The position numbers were made by a program, and so were the translations under genes. From the NCBI RefSeq assembly GCF_009914755.1, contig NC_060928.1: a stretch of DNA of 64,000 nt; one strand, written 5' to 3'. This document shows, piece by piece, positions 28,010 through 45,528 of the stretch (the stretch's first letter is position 1; every line of letters begins with the position of its first letter). This DNA comes from the human T2T-CHM13v2.0 reference genome, Homo sapiens. The notes beneath the pieces are model-generated. The model searched no databases and was not told the origin of the DNA. It saw only the letters and a program-made list of their open reading frames with translations.

Positions 28010-28140
28010 CAGTTGACCCTTGGACAACCCAGGTTTCAACTGTGTAGGTCCACTTATACATGGATTTTTTTCAAGCAAACACAGATTGAAAATTCAATTA
28101 TTTGTGGGTTGTGAAACCTGCATACACCAAACGACAACTG
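28010..28140. mobile_element. MER8-like element, internally shortened
   Basis: CAGTTGACCCTTGGACAAC...GGTCCACTTATACATGGATTTTTTTC...GACAACTG; both termini present. Confidence 0.82.
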
Positions 28141-28818
28141 TTTAACAAAAATTATGCTAAGAGAGTAGATTTTATGTGCTTACACCACACAAAATGAATG
28201 GGTAACTATGGAAGGTAATTGATGGTTTAGTTTGCTTAACTATAGTAATCATTTCACTATGTAATATGTGTACCAAAATAGCATGTTGTACACCATATGT
28301 ATATATTTTAATGTTAGAAAAAAAACTAACCACAATGAGTTATCACCTCATACCTGTTAGGCTGGCTACTATCAGAGACAAAAGTTAAGTGTTGGCAAGG
28401 ATGTAGAGGAAAGGGAACCTTTGTATACTGTTGATGGGAATGTAAATTGGCACAGCTATTACAGAAAACAGTATAGAAAATCTAAAAATTAGAAATAGAA
28501 CTACCATATGATCTAGCAATTCCACTTTTGAGTATTCAGTAACATGTCACATAACAATGGGAATATGTCTGAGAAATGTGTCATTAGGTGATTTTGTCAT
28601 CATGTGAACAAATAAAGTGAACTTACACAAATCTAGATAGTATAGCTTACTACACATCTAGGCTATATGATATAGCCTATTGCTTCTAGGCTACAAACCC
28701 GCAAAGCATGTACTTAATACTATAGGCAATAGTAACACACTGGTTAGCATTTGTGTATCTAAGCACACCTAAACATAGATACAATAAATACATGGTATAA
28801 AAGATTTTTAAAAATGGG

Positions 28819-29136
28819 GGCTGGGGACAGTGGCTCATACTTGTAGTACCAGTGTTTTGGGAGTCCAAGCTGGGAGAATCCTGAGGCAAGGAGTTCGAGA
28901 CAAGCCTAGGCAATGGCAAGGCCCCAGCTCTACAAAACAAAACAAAACACAAAAAAACAAACAAAAAACCAAAACATAGCCAGGTGTGGTGGCACAGACC
29001 TGCAAGTCCCAGCTACTTGGGAGGCTGAGGTGGGTGGGTCACTTGAGCCCTGGAGTTCGAGGCTACAGTGAGCTATACTCGTGCCACTGGCATTGCACTC
29101 CAGCCTGGGTGACAAAGACTCTGTCTCTAAAATAAA
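28819..29136 (+). mobile_element. AluJ with expanded middle A-rich linker
   Basis: TCACTTGAGCCCTGGAGTTCGAGGCTACAGTGAGCTAT is J-type. Very short tail AAAATAAA. Confidence 0.92.
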
Positions 29137-29454
29137 TGAGAATACCTGAACTACAACTGTATGCCTTAATATGGGTGGCTCTCACAAACATAATGTTAAG
29201 TAAGAGAAACCAGACACAAAACAATATATACAGGTAGCATATGATTCCATATATATGATACACAAAAAGACACAAATTCATGTTGTTAGAAGTCAGGAAA
29301 AGTGGCTTAGAGGTTAGGATAGTGACTAGGAGACTTCTGGGTGCTGGTAACACACTGTTGATCCTGGTTACACATATGTTCATTTTGTGAAAATTCACAG
29401 AGCTGACACTTAGGCACATTTTTCTGTGTGTAGGCCGAACTTCAATAAAATTTC
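29133..29454 (+). mobile_element. L1ME (L1ME3-like) 3' end
   Basis: TCTCACAAACATAATGTTAAG...GTTAGAAGTCAGGA...CTTCTGGGTGCTGGTAA...TTTGTGAAAATTCA...ACTTCAATAAAA. Confidence 0.8.
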
Positions 29455-30762
29455 TAAAAGTTTTAAAAAAATAAAAAATGTACACTTGTATAGGGCACTT
29501 ACCATGAATGGAGTTTTCAGGACTGGAAGTTGCTGAGGGTGAGTCAGTGAGTGATGAGTGAATGTGAAGGCCTAGGACATTACTATATACTACTACAGAC
29601 TATATAAAGACTGTACACTTAAGTTACACTAAATTTATAACAAAGTATTCTCCTTCAATAATAAATTAACCTTAGCTTACTGTAACATTTTCCCTTTATA
29701 GACTTTTAAATTCATTTAAAACTTCTTGACTTTCATAATAACACTTAGCTTAAAACACAAACACATTGTACTGTTGTATAAAAATATTCTTTATATCCTT
29801 ATTCTATAAACGTTTTTAATTTTTTGTTAACTTTTTTTCTTTTTAAACTTTTGTTAAAAACTAGGAGACAAATGCACACACTAGCCTAGGTCTACACGGG
29901 GTCAGGATCATCAATATCACTGACTTGCACCTCCACATCTTGTCCCAGTGGAAGTTCTTCAGGGACAATAACTCACATGAGCTTCATTTCCTATAAAGCA
30001 ATGCCTTCTTTTGCAATATGTCCTGAAGGGCCTGCCTGAGGCTGCTGTACAGTTAACTTTAAAAAAAAAATAAGTAGGGGTATACTATAAAATAGCAATA
30101 AAAAGTATAGTAAAGAAATAAACCAGTAGTATAGTCATTTTTTTATTACCAAGTATTATGTACCATACATAATTGTATGTGCCATATTATATATGACTGT
30201 CAGTGCGGTATGCTTGTTTACACCAGTATCACCATAAACATGTGAGTAATACATTGCACTGTAACATTACAATGGCTATGACATTAGGTGACAGGAATTT
30301 TTTACTCCATTATATTATAGGACCACTGTCATATATGTTGTGCATCATCGATTGAAACATCCTGTTGTGGTGCATGACTATATAACCAAAGGAAATGAAA
30401 TCAGTATTTCCAATAGATATTTGCTCCCAAATGTTCATGCAGCATTATTCATAACAGCCAAGATATAGAAACAACCCAAGAGTTGATCAATAGATGAGTA
30501 GGTACACACAGTGGAATACTGTTCAGCCTTAAGGATTAATGACATGATTAAACACAGAGGACATTATGCTAATTGAAATATTCCAGACAGAGGAAAACAA
30601 ATACTGCATGATCTTGTTTATATACAGGATCTAAAAACTTTGAATTCACACAAGCAGAGTAGCATGGTGTTTGCCAGGGACTAGGGTACAGAAAAATTGG
30701 GAAATATGTCAATTTTACAATGAACACGTATGTCAAAACATCACACTGTACACCTTAAATAT

Positions 30763-31096
30763 TGCTATGGTCTGAATGTTTGTGTCCCTTCCAAAATTCA
30801 TGTGTTGAAACCCAATCACCAATGTGATGTTATTCAGAGGTGGGTCTTTGGAATCTGATTAAGAGTTAGTTTCCTTATAAAAGATGTTTCAAAGGGCTGG
30901 TTTGCCCTTCCACTACATGAGGACACATCTAGAAGGTGCTATGCATGAACCAGAAAGTGGCTCCTCACCAGACACAGTCCTCTGGTGTCTTGATCTTGGG
31001 TTTCTTAGCCTCCAGAGCTGTGAAAATAGATTTCTGTAGTTTGTAGGCCACTCAGTCTATGGTACGTTGTTATAGCAGCCCAAACAAACTCAGACA
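30763..31096 (+). mobile_element. Solo MaLR LTR, MLT1A/MLT1A0
   Basis: TGCTATGGTCTGAATGTTTGTGTCCC...TTATAGCAGCCCAAACAAACTCAGACA. 5-bp TSD AATAT at 30758-30762 and 31097-31101. Confidence 0.9.
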
Positions 31097-32316
31097 AATA
31101 TATAAAGTTTTTGTCAGTTATACCTTAATAAAGCTGGTGAATAAAAGAGTATTTCATTAAAATCTAAACATTGAAAATTAAATCTTTGATAAAAAAGAAT
31201 AACAAGGTTTGGATATGATTATCAGTGGAGGCAATAACGTTATGTTTTTTTGTGTGAAGGTGATATAAAGGAAGATGAAAATGATAAACAAAAGACCATT
31301 ATATAAAGTCCATGAGATTGAATTTTTATTTATCTCAAATGTAACCACTAGTAGGTCAACTGTGTTTGATTCAACTATTTATCTAGTTCTTAACACTGTT
31401 CTTTGGATTCAGTGGTCTTTAATAAATGTTTAAATGACTGAATGACAGAATAAATAATGAACCAGTTAACTCTTCATGGGACCTTGAACCAAGGGTTTAA
31501 TCTAGTGTTACCATAGGTTCTTTATTTTAAAAGTTACCAAAACACCTCAAAATGGTGGTGATTATAGTGAGAAAATATTATTCAAGTCCTTTTTGGAAAG
31601 CATTTTGTTTATAGCTAAAAACCTTCTAAGGAAAAACACATTTAGAAATAGTAAATTGTATGTAATTATATGCATACTTTTAAATTATAATGCTGTGTCC
31701 ATCTGTAATCCTAATTCTGTATAAATATTTGATCTTTTCTTACACTATCTTTTTTTATAAGCTTGAATATTTCTTGTTGAAGAGATTAATGTTGTGTTTT
31801 TCTTTACGATGACATTTCATATCTTTGTCTCTCTAATAATTTGTTGTTGAGTAGTTTAGCATTATGTGTATCAATATACTTTGCATAAAAATTACAAATC
31901 AAGGTTGGTAAACAGTGAAACATCTAGTTTTACACAATGTTTATGGATAATAAAGGGAAATTTATTTACCTGTGTATGTTAAGTTCAGAAAGCATCTGTC
32001 AAAATGTCATACTAGTTGTATTTCTGAATAGATATTCGGTTTTTTATTTCTACTGAATTCTCTCATTGAAAGTTTTCACTGGATGCTAACAGATGCCTAA
32101 TTTGCTGATCTATCACAAAGCAAAGAACGCTAGGATTATGAGGTGATGAATTTGCCTCTATTGTTTCATTGCCTTTCACTAAAAATAAATATTAGAAGTA
32201 AAAACCTATTACTTTGTGAGATTTTAAGAGTTATACCCTTTTGAAGAAATTATTATTTAAGGCAATAATTTTATAAAAATGATAAATATCTTAATTACTT
32301 TTGATATTGGTTCTCC

Positions 32317-33180
32317 TTTTTATTTTTAATGCCAAATTTATATATATATATATATATATGGTACAATGTGATGTTTCAACACATGTAATCATTTGGAATA
32401 ATTAAATCAAGTGAATTAGTATAACCATCACCCCAAATATTTATCATTTTTTATGGAAAGAATATTTAAAATCTTCTCTTTTTGCTATTTTGAAGTATAG
32501 CAAAATATTTATTTTATTAACTATAGTCATCATGTTGTGCAGCTGAACAACAGAACTTATTCCTCCTATCTAACTGAAACTTGGCTGTTGACCAACATCT
32601 CTCCTTTCTCTCTCCACCTTTCCACGCTCAGCCTCTGATAACCACCATCCTACTTTCTACTTCTGAGTTTGATGTTTTTAGATGCCACATATAAGTGAGA
32701 TCACATGGTATTTTTCTCTTTGTGCCTCGTTTATTTCATTTAACGTAATGTCCTCTAGGTTCATCCATGAAGTCACAAATGACAGAATTTCTTGTTTGAT
32801 AGAGGATGAATAGTATTGCATTGTAAATGTACACATTTTTAAAGTCCATTCATCCACTGATGAACACTTGGATTGTTTCTATATCTTGGCTATTGTGAAT
32901 AATATTGCAATGAACATGGGAGTGCAGACATCTCTTTAACATACTGATTTTAATTCTTTGGGTATATACCCAGTAGTGAGATTGCTGGATCATATGGTAG
33001 CTCTATTTTTACTTTTTTGAGGCAACTCCATAGTTTTTTCCAAAATCACTGTACTAATTCACAATACTACCAACAGTGCTTAAGTGTTCCCTTTTCTCCA
33101 CATCCTTGCCAACACTTCTTATCTTTCTTCTTTTTGATAATAGCCAGTTTAACAGGTGTAAGATAGTATCTCACTGTGGT
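32317..33180 (-). mobile_element. L1MA (L1MA4-6-like) 3' end
   Basis: GGTACAATGTGATGTTT...AGAACTTATTCCTCCTATCTAACTG...GAGATTGCTGGATCATATGG. Confidence 0.88.
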
Positions 33181-34060
33181 CCATCTTTTTACTTTTGATA
33201 CATTTGTGTCTTTATATTTACAGTGGTTTTGTATTTTTCATCACCATAGTTTTCATCTCTTGAAGTTTGACTTCAGTGGATTTTTATATCTTCCATATCT
33301 CCAATTAATACCCTCAGTTCTTTCTCTAGTTTCTTGAACATATGGAATGCAGTTATAACAACTGTTTCATTGTTCTCGTCTACTGATCCTATCATGTTTG
33401 TAATTTTTAGGTCAACTTCAACTGACTTTTTTGAGTATTGTGGATGAAATTTACTTCTTTACATGCTCGTTAATTTTTTACTGGATACTATACATTGCAA
33501 ATTTTGGGTGCTGGATATATTTGTATTTATGAAAGTATCATTGAGTTTTATTGTGGGACACAGTTTAGTTACTTGGAAACAGTTTGGTTCTTTTGAGTCT
33601 TACCCTTAAGCTTTGTTAAGTAGACTTAGAGCCATACTTATTCTAGGATTAATGTTTCCCGGCCTTGGTAGATTCCTCATGTCCATGCTCCAATCAGTAC
33701 TCAGCTGATGATATGAGGGGCACCCTCCTCAGACCTTGGTTTCCCCTGTCTTTTGGCAGCTCTCTCCTTTCTTCCCCTCTCTGTGACCACTAGCTGATTT
33801 TGTCAGCCTGGATTCCTAGCAATATCTTACCTGTAAGTCTTCCCAGTGTAAGTTCTCCCTCACTGAATCATAGCCTATGAAACTCTCTTTAGGCACTAAC
33901 CTGGGGCAGTTGTAGGGCTCACATTCTTCCCTGTCTCTTAGGAATCACTGTTTTTCACATATGTATCGAGAACTACCATATCCTATACTTTGTCTATTGA
34001 AAGATTTTTCAGAAAGGATGGTAAATCCATTCTCTGTTAATCTTTTTTTTTTCCTGGAAA
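33181..34060 (-). mobile_element. Ancient L1M 5'/ORF1 remnants
   Basis: TAGTTTTCATCTCTTGAAGTTTGA, TTCTTGAACATATGGAATGCAGTTATAAC and GTTTAGTTACTTGGAAACAGTTTG. Confidence 0.6.
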
Positions 34061-34179
34061 AGGAAGTTTCTTCTGATATTAGTGAAAATACTAGAATCAT
34101 GTAATTTTGAGTAAAGCATCTTGAAGAGGCCAAATATTTTTAAAGAGCTTAAATTTGGAGAGAGAAAACCCAAGTATTG

Positions 34180-35302
34180 GAGCCATACTGTTTTCAATAA
34201 TGGCTGGACTAATTTACATTCCCACCAACAGGGTTCTCTTTTTTGCACAGCTTTGCCAGCATGCTATTTTTTGTCTTTTTGATAATAGCCATTCTAACTG
34301 GGGTAAGATTCTATCTCTTGTGGTTTTGACTGCTGGGGTGACCAGTGGGAACGGGATCCCCAAATGGGGGGCAGGAGTTGGGGGGCACAGTTTGGGCCCT
34401 GGTGGGGGCCTGATACCATGCAGTAAGAGTCTGTCTTCAGGACCCTATGATGCTGTGCAAGGGTGCAGGCTGTGGTGAGGGGGCTGAGGCAATTCCTAGG
34501 CTCCTGGGTGGGGATGGCTAAAGGAGAGAGCCTGTCCTCTGTGTTTGCCCTGCTGGTAAGGAGGGTGTAGGGTTGCTGTCAATGACAGCAGCCTGAGGCA
34601 GGTGGCTCTCAGACTCTGCAAAATGCATGCCTTGTCTCCCATTGTCCCAGAGACAGCTTGGAAGGTGTGCAGCACTGCCTATTCTCCGGCGTGTTGGACA
34701 CTGTGTGGACTGGAGTGGGAATCCAACTGCACTGCTGGGTGCAACTGGTGTCACTGCAGCCCTCCATGTGTTTACAGGAGGACATCAGTGGGGGTTCCAG
34801 GGATGCGGAGATGAAGGGGCTGTGCACCCCAAGGCATTATGCAGTCTTGAAAGGTCCAGGCTTTCAAAATAGCATCATACTGCAGCTGCTTGGGTCTTGG
34901 GGGTGGGGAGTGGAACTCAGTGTGAACTCTCTCTCAAGAATAATGCCTTCTCGCGGATTCTAGGCAGCTGTCTATGCTAGTCTCAGGGTGCATAATGATT
35001 AAGGGGCTCTCCTGTGGCTGGGATTGCAGGAATTCGTGATGGGAATGTGGACTGATGGGGATCCCTCTTATGCTTTCTCCACATTGAGGGCCTCTCTGGG
35101 CTCCCAGACAATCCTAATCAGGCTGGGTGCCTCTCTTTCTTTTTCAGTTCCCTGAGTGTTTCCTGTCACTTCCCTGCTGAATACCAGTGTTCTCTCTTAG
35201 AGGCTTTATTCTAAGTGTGATTATTTACTCACTCTTTGGTTCTTGTTTGTGTAGGAGATGAGTGCCCAGTGCCTCTAGCCAGCCATCTTGAAGCCTCCTC
35301 CC
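34180..35302 (-). mobile_element. L1PB/L1MA-type element: GC-rich 5'UTR joined to an ORF2 C-terminal piece
   Basis: The minus strand starts GGAGGAGGCTTCAAGATGGCTGGCTAGAGGC. 34180-34329 encodes PCWWECKLVQPLLKTVW. Confidence 0.8.
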
Positions 35303-36749
35303 AAAGGACTATTAATGATCATAGATTATTTGCTTCTCGCAGAACATTGCACCAAGTGCTGTAGGGCATTACAAAGAAGAGAGAACCATGGTCTTTTTTC
35401 AGCATTCTTTTCTACGGTCATGACTTGTGGACAGAATTTAGCTAAAAGGCTAATTTTTCACCATATGCCTACCTTTTTTATAAAAGAATTTATTTATACC
35501 ATATTCTTTGACTCAGGCCAATGTAAACAAATAATTTTTATAGTGCTTTGGGCTATTAATATGAAAACATATTTGGCATTTAGAGGAATATTAGATTCTA
35601 TGGTAAAGTTTGTCTCTATAAGGTGACAAATAATGAATACTTGTATATTGAAAATAAATATGCAAAGTTGACATGACAAACATGCTCAGAATATGTATTA
35701 TAAAATGTGATGAGGCAACTGTGGGATCTTTTGGTCATCTTATTGTTGAAAAGCAAATTGGCATTTCATGGGTATGATTTGTAGGTAAAAAGGAATCTAC
35801 CAATATTGGGATTTGGGAACATCCCATATAAACATATCTTTTTTTGTGACTAAAATTTGTTACTAAGTGCCAATGGTGATTTTTCAGAGATGTGGGAAAA
35901 TGTCAAACTTTAATAATATGATTCTTCATCTAATAAACACAATGTCTATGTCTCTGGGATGTTAAAACACTTATATTGATTTAGTGTTTAATGAAGGCTG
36001 AAGGTCTGAGTCCAAAATGCATCTAGAATATAAAATATAATAAGCATATGAAGCCCAAGTTACTGAATATAAAAAACGCTTAGTCAAACTGGGTCTCTGT
36101 TTTAATATAGGAACTTCTCATATTTAAGGAAGGAACATTATTTTAAATTAGGAATGCCAATTGATGTATTTTTGGAATTCTTTTGGAGAATATTATTGTG
36201 CTTTTTACCACTTGTCCAATTCTCTTCTCTTGTGGTTTACATTTCAATAGCCTCTTCATTCTTAGTAGTAATCTGGCAGCTGCTAAGTTCCTGTTAATGA
36301 GTTCATTTGGATGCATATTCTTTTTTTAGTTAAGATACTCCAAGCTTTACTCTCTGTGAAGTAAATCTTCTAATTTTGCTAGCCTATATTGGTTGTTGGT
36401 GGTTGCTGATACCACTTCTTAAAATATGCCAACTGACAATTTTGGATTAATAAAAATTGATTTGCATGTGGTGACATTTTCAGTCAGTCAGACATTTTCT
36501 AGCAGCTCATATTTACAGTTTTAAGATGGAGAGGGAATAATCTGTTGGGCTCCAGATAAACTGTGCTTAATTTTAAGGCTTCTTTGTTAATATCAACAAG
36601 GCAGATTTTCAAATAGTTCATTAGCATCTCATCCAGAAGCCAGTTCTTTATTTAGTCAGCACCCTGCAAATGTCTGCTTAAATAGCTCTTTCCTTGCAAC
36701 CAGGCTTAGCTAACTCCTACTCAGGAAAGGACTCAGTTCAGGTACTATC

Positions 36750-36975
36750 TTGACCCTAGAAATTTCCTCACACCTATTCTCAGGGGCTCCTACACCACTC
36801 TCTAGTGTCTTCCTCTATAAAACATGTTATCCTCTACTGTAGTTATCTGTCTGACAGCTTTAGCCACTAGGAAGTGGATTCTCTGTGGACAATGTTATGT
36901 CTTTCTAGTCTAGGGTCCCTAAAACTTGATACTGGTACAAATAAATAAATAAAAGTTTGTTGAATGAAGAATGAC
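36750..36975 (+). mobile_element. L2 3' end remnant
   Basis: Ends AATAAAAGTTTGTTGAATGAAGAATGA, the L2 terminal pattern. Confidence 0.55.
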
Positions 36976-37534
36976 ATGATTCTATAATTTTATAAGATTG
37001 TTAATATGCTTATTTCTTTTCAATATCCATAAATTGTGTTTTTGATTATTGAGTGTGTTTTGGCAGAGTTGATTGCCAGAAAACCTTTATAAAATGTTTT
37101 TTCTGGCTTCTAGTTAATCACTTATGGTCTTTATTTCACTACAATATGAAAATCTCTGAATGTTCATAGTGCTACTTCTCAGCATTAATTCTGTAAAATT
37201 ATTTCTGTAAGGTTTCAGTGTGTTCAAATGATCTTGAATGGTTTTCTGGGCACAGAAGCTTTATCACATAGAAATGACAACTTACAACTTAAGAGCAGTG
37301 TTTTTAAACATAAAATTACATTATATAGATAGTGTGGAACAGCTATTCCAAGTTATTGAATGCAAAACTGTATATATTCTAGATCTCATAATAACCAATT
37401 AAATCAAACTAATGTGGTAAACCTGAACATTAGCAGAAAGGGAAGTGTCAATGCTTTCATTTTTAAAACTACTGGCTAAGATAAGTGCTGCTTATAACTC
37501 TGAAGGGTAAGGTAAGAACATTAGTTGGTTACCT

Positions 37535-37718
37535 ACCATCTACCAGCACCTCACATATATCATTTTATTTAAACCTTACAATAAGTCCATTTTTATGAAT
37601 TACTGTCTCAATTTTATGGGCGAGAAAATTGAGCATCATAGATATTATATTTCTTGTTCAAAGTTGCAGATTTAGTCAGTGATAAAGACTGGATTTGAAA
37701 CCAGATATGTCAGAATAC
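37535..37718 (-). mobile_element. MIR
   Basis: ATTTTATGGGCGAGAAAATTGAG...GACTGGATTTGAAACCAG (antisense core and B box). Confidence 0.65.
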
Positions 37719-38555
37719 TTGGTAATAGATTTGGTACAATAATGGCTCTCGGGACTTTAGCCATTGACCATTTTAATTTGTATTCTAAGGGTCTTTTTGA
37801 TGACCTTGTAGATAAAGTTAATATATTACTATTAAAGAGAGTTTACAGATACCATAAAGATTATAGCTTTGTTACATATAAAATTTGATGTATACAGGTT
37901 TGTAAAGAATAATTTATAACATATATCTTTCATGTTCTTTACCTTTCTTTTTTAAAAACAAGATAACTAACTTAAACACAGATACTGCTTTTCCTGTGGT
38001 GCTTGCACAAGAGTAAACTAAGAGTCTAATTAAGTAGTTTTTTTTTCTCCATTAGAATTTATCAGGAGATATACAAAAACATTTATACCATTCTTCCTCT
38101 GGGATAACTAAATAATTGAAAGTAAGAGGTATCTGATCTGATAATGGATGTCTGCTAACATTTTGGAGGCTTTTAAAAATAGGATGCAAAGTGATTAAAT
38201 TACTAAATGACAAAGGAAAGTATCTTTCAATGACACTCCTGAAGACTGATAACAGAGCACATTTTGTTTCATTATGGAAAGCAGTTAACATTAATGCTGT
38301 ATATAATATTTTTAAAAGATGAAAGTGAATGTAAATTAGCCACAACTGTGTAAAAATAAACATATTTCTCAAGTTATAGATGAAAAAACCAATATATTGG
38401 ATCAACCCATGTTTCCACAATCTATTATAGCCTGTTGGCAATAGGGGGTTGGGGGGTTGGGGCGTGTCACAGGTTGTCAGCCACCATTACCCAATGATCA
38501 TTGCAAGTAATGCACCAGTTTATTATGTCAAATAGAATAGGTAGACACAGTAGTA

Positions 38556-38741
38556 AGATATATATATATAAAATATATATATGTGTGTGTATCACTATAT
38601 ATGTCTATATATAGATATATAATTACTAAATATCTATGTTTGTGTATATATAGATATATATTACTATGTCTCTCTATAGATATATATATATTACTATATG
38701 CCTATATATAGACATAGATAGTGATGTCTATCTATATATAA
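38556..38741. repeat. Degenerate (TA)n-rich microsatellite
   Basis: TATATA, TAGA and TTACTA units directly visible. Confidence 0.9.
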
Positions 38742-39585
38742 TTATTTTGATATGAAGGGAGGAGCCCTAGTAGCAGATTCATTCCTGAGGATTGACCTGG
38801 GACAAGCATTTCAGTGACAGAGTTGTGCTGCATCTTAAAATTTTTATTATTTAGTTTTCTCTTAAAAATGTAACTTCTGCACATGACAATAACTTCCAAG
38901 AATATATAAAAAACCATACCAAAAAATAGATCTTTCTTTCCTCTTCATTCCTCACCTCTTAGTTCTGTTCCTTAAAAGTAACACCATTACAATTTTATCC
39001 TCCTCCTGTTATGCATTTATTTTAAACAGGGGAATTTCCTGAATGCTCTGTAATGTATATTTCCCTGTGGAACACATTAAGTGCATTTTCTTTTTCTATC
39101 CTACACCTTTGGAATATATTTGGAATAAAAATTAAAGTTGCCAAGCAATTCTGTCATCACATGCTTAATATGATATGTAAATTATTGGCATCTTTGCTCT
39201 CTGTGGCCCCAGCTGCTGAGAATTCCCATAATAGCTGCAGAATGAATGACAGGCCAGAACCAGTAGCTTGTGTTTAATTTTCAGTGAGCTAATATGAGAA
39301 AAATGAATAAATCTTTGCACTTAATGAAGACCCAGTATGCTTATGCAAGCATTATATTACCTTTCTGCTAGGTGATTCAAAAAGTAAATTTTACATATTT
39401 GTGTGTCTCCTTATATTGTTGTCATATATGTAGAATGATTGAGGGTCTCTCTCTTCTAAACGTAGAAAAATTGTTGTACTTAGGTTCCCTGTGAAGCATA
39501 AGTCTGTCTCTACCCTGCTTTTCTAAGCCATCATGATTGCGTTATATATTTTAACAAGAATGGTGTTAGACCTGCAATAAATTCT

Positions 39586-40345
39586 TATTTTTAAAAATAG
39601 CTTTATTGTGGTACAATTGACATGTCATAAACTACACATATTTAAAATGCATAATTTGTTAATGTTGGCATAGGTATATACCGTCACACCATCAACACAA
39701 TCAATATAATGAACATATCTGTTACCCACCAAAGGTTTCCTCATGCCCCTTTGTCATGTCTGCCTCCTCCCCTGCCCAGCTTGTACCCAATCACTAATCT
39801 GTTTTCCTTCACTATAAATTAGTTGGCATTTTCTAAAATTTTATATAAGTGGAATCATATAGAGTGTATTCTTTTCTCTTCTGGCTTCTTTCACTCAGCA
39901 TAATTATTCTGAGATTCATTCGTGTTGTTGCGTGTATGGGTAGTTCATATCTTTTTAGTGCTGAGTAGTATTCCAGTGTTTAAATGCACCAAAATTTGCT
40001 TATTCATTCACTTGTTTAGGGATATTTGAGTCAGCTCCAGTTTGGGGCTCATACAAATAAAGCTTTTATGAAAATTTTGTGTTCAAGTCTTTGTATGGAT
40101 GTGGGCTTTTATTTTGGGGGGGGGGTAAATACCAAGGAAAAGGTAGGGTGAGTCATATGGTAGATGTGTATTTAATTTTTTAAGAGACTGCAACACTGTT
40201 TCCCAAAATGATTGTAACATTTTACATTCCCACCAACAGGGTATGAGAGTTCTAGTTGCATTTCATCTTTCTAACTTTGATATGTCCAATGTTTTTAATT
40301 TTAATCATTGTAATAGGTGTGTAGTGGTACTTTATCGTGGTTTTT
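39586..40345 (-). mobile_element. Old L1M (L1MB8/L1MC/L1ME1-like) 3' end
   Basis: AGCTTTATTGTGGTACAATTGACA...CTGGCTTCTTTCACTCAGCATAATTATTCTGAGATTCAT. Confidence 0.85.
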
Positions 40346-40349
40346 TCAT

Positions 40350-45528
<5,179 letters not shown>

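Larger units (their letters stand above)
24915..28322 (+). mobile_element. L1MA (L1MA7/8-like) with large internal deletions and nested inserts
   Basis: 5'UTR GGACATCAGCAAGAAGGCAGAATAGG. Endonuclease-region sequence from about 25530; jump to late ORF2 near 26345. 3'UTR TGCTAAGAGAGTAGATTTT...GTAATCATTTCACTATG. Confidence 0.8.
28537..30380. mobile_element. Tigger3b (MER7B/Golem-derived) element, split by an Alu+L1ME insert
   Basis: Contains TCTGAGAAATGTGTCATTAGGTGATTTTGTCAT and CTAGGCTATATG. Resumes at TACACTTGTATAGGGCACTTACCATGAATGGAG and ends GGTGCATGACT. Confidence 0.88.
28325..31148 (+). mobile_element. L1MA9-like 3' fragment hosting Tigger3b and MLT1A
   Basis: GAACTACCATATGATCTAGCAATTCCACTTTTGAGTAT resumes at 30381 TATAACCAAAGGAAATGAAATCAG. 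Ends TGTCAGTTATACCTTAATAAAGCTGG. Confidence 0.82.

Noticed and set aside
34300-34360. Spliced L1 retrocopy as the explanation of the 5'UTR-ORF2 fusion
   Set aside because: The ORF2 side begins at TCAAAACC, which in L1 follows GCAAA rather than an AG acceptor, so deletion is simpler.
38444-38462. G-rich tract as a G-quadruplex
   Set aside because: Only three clear G runs, and no associated feature.
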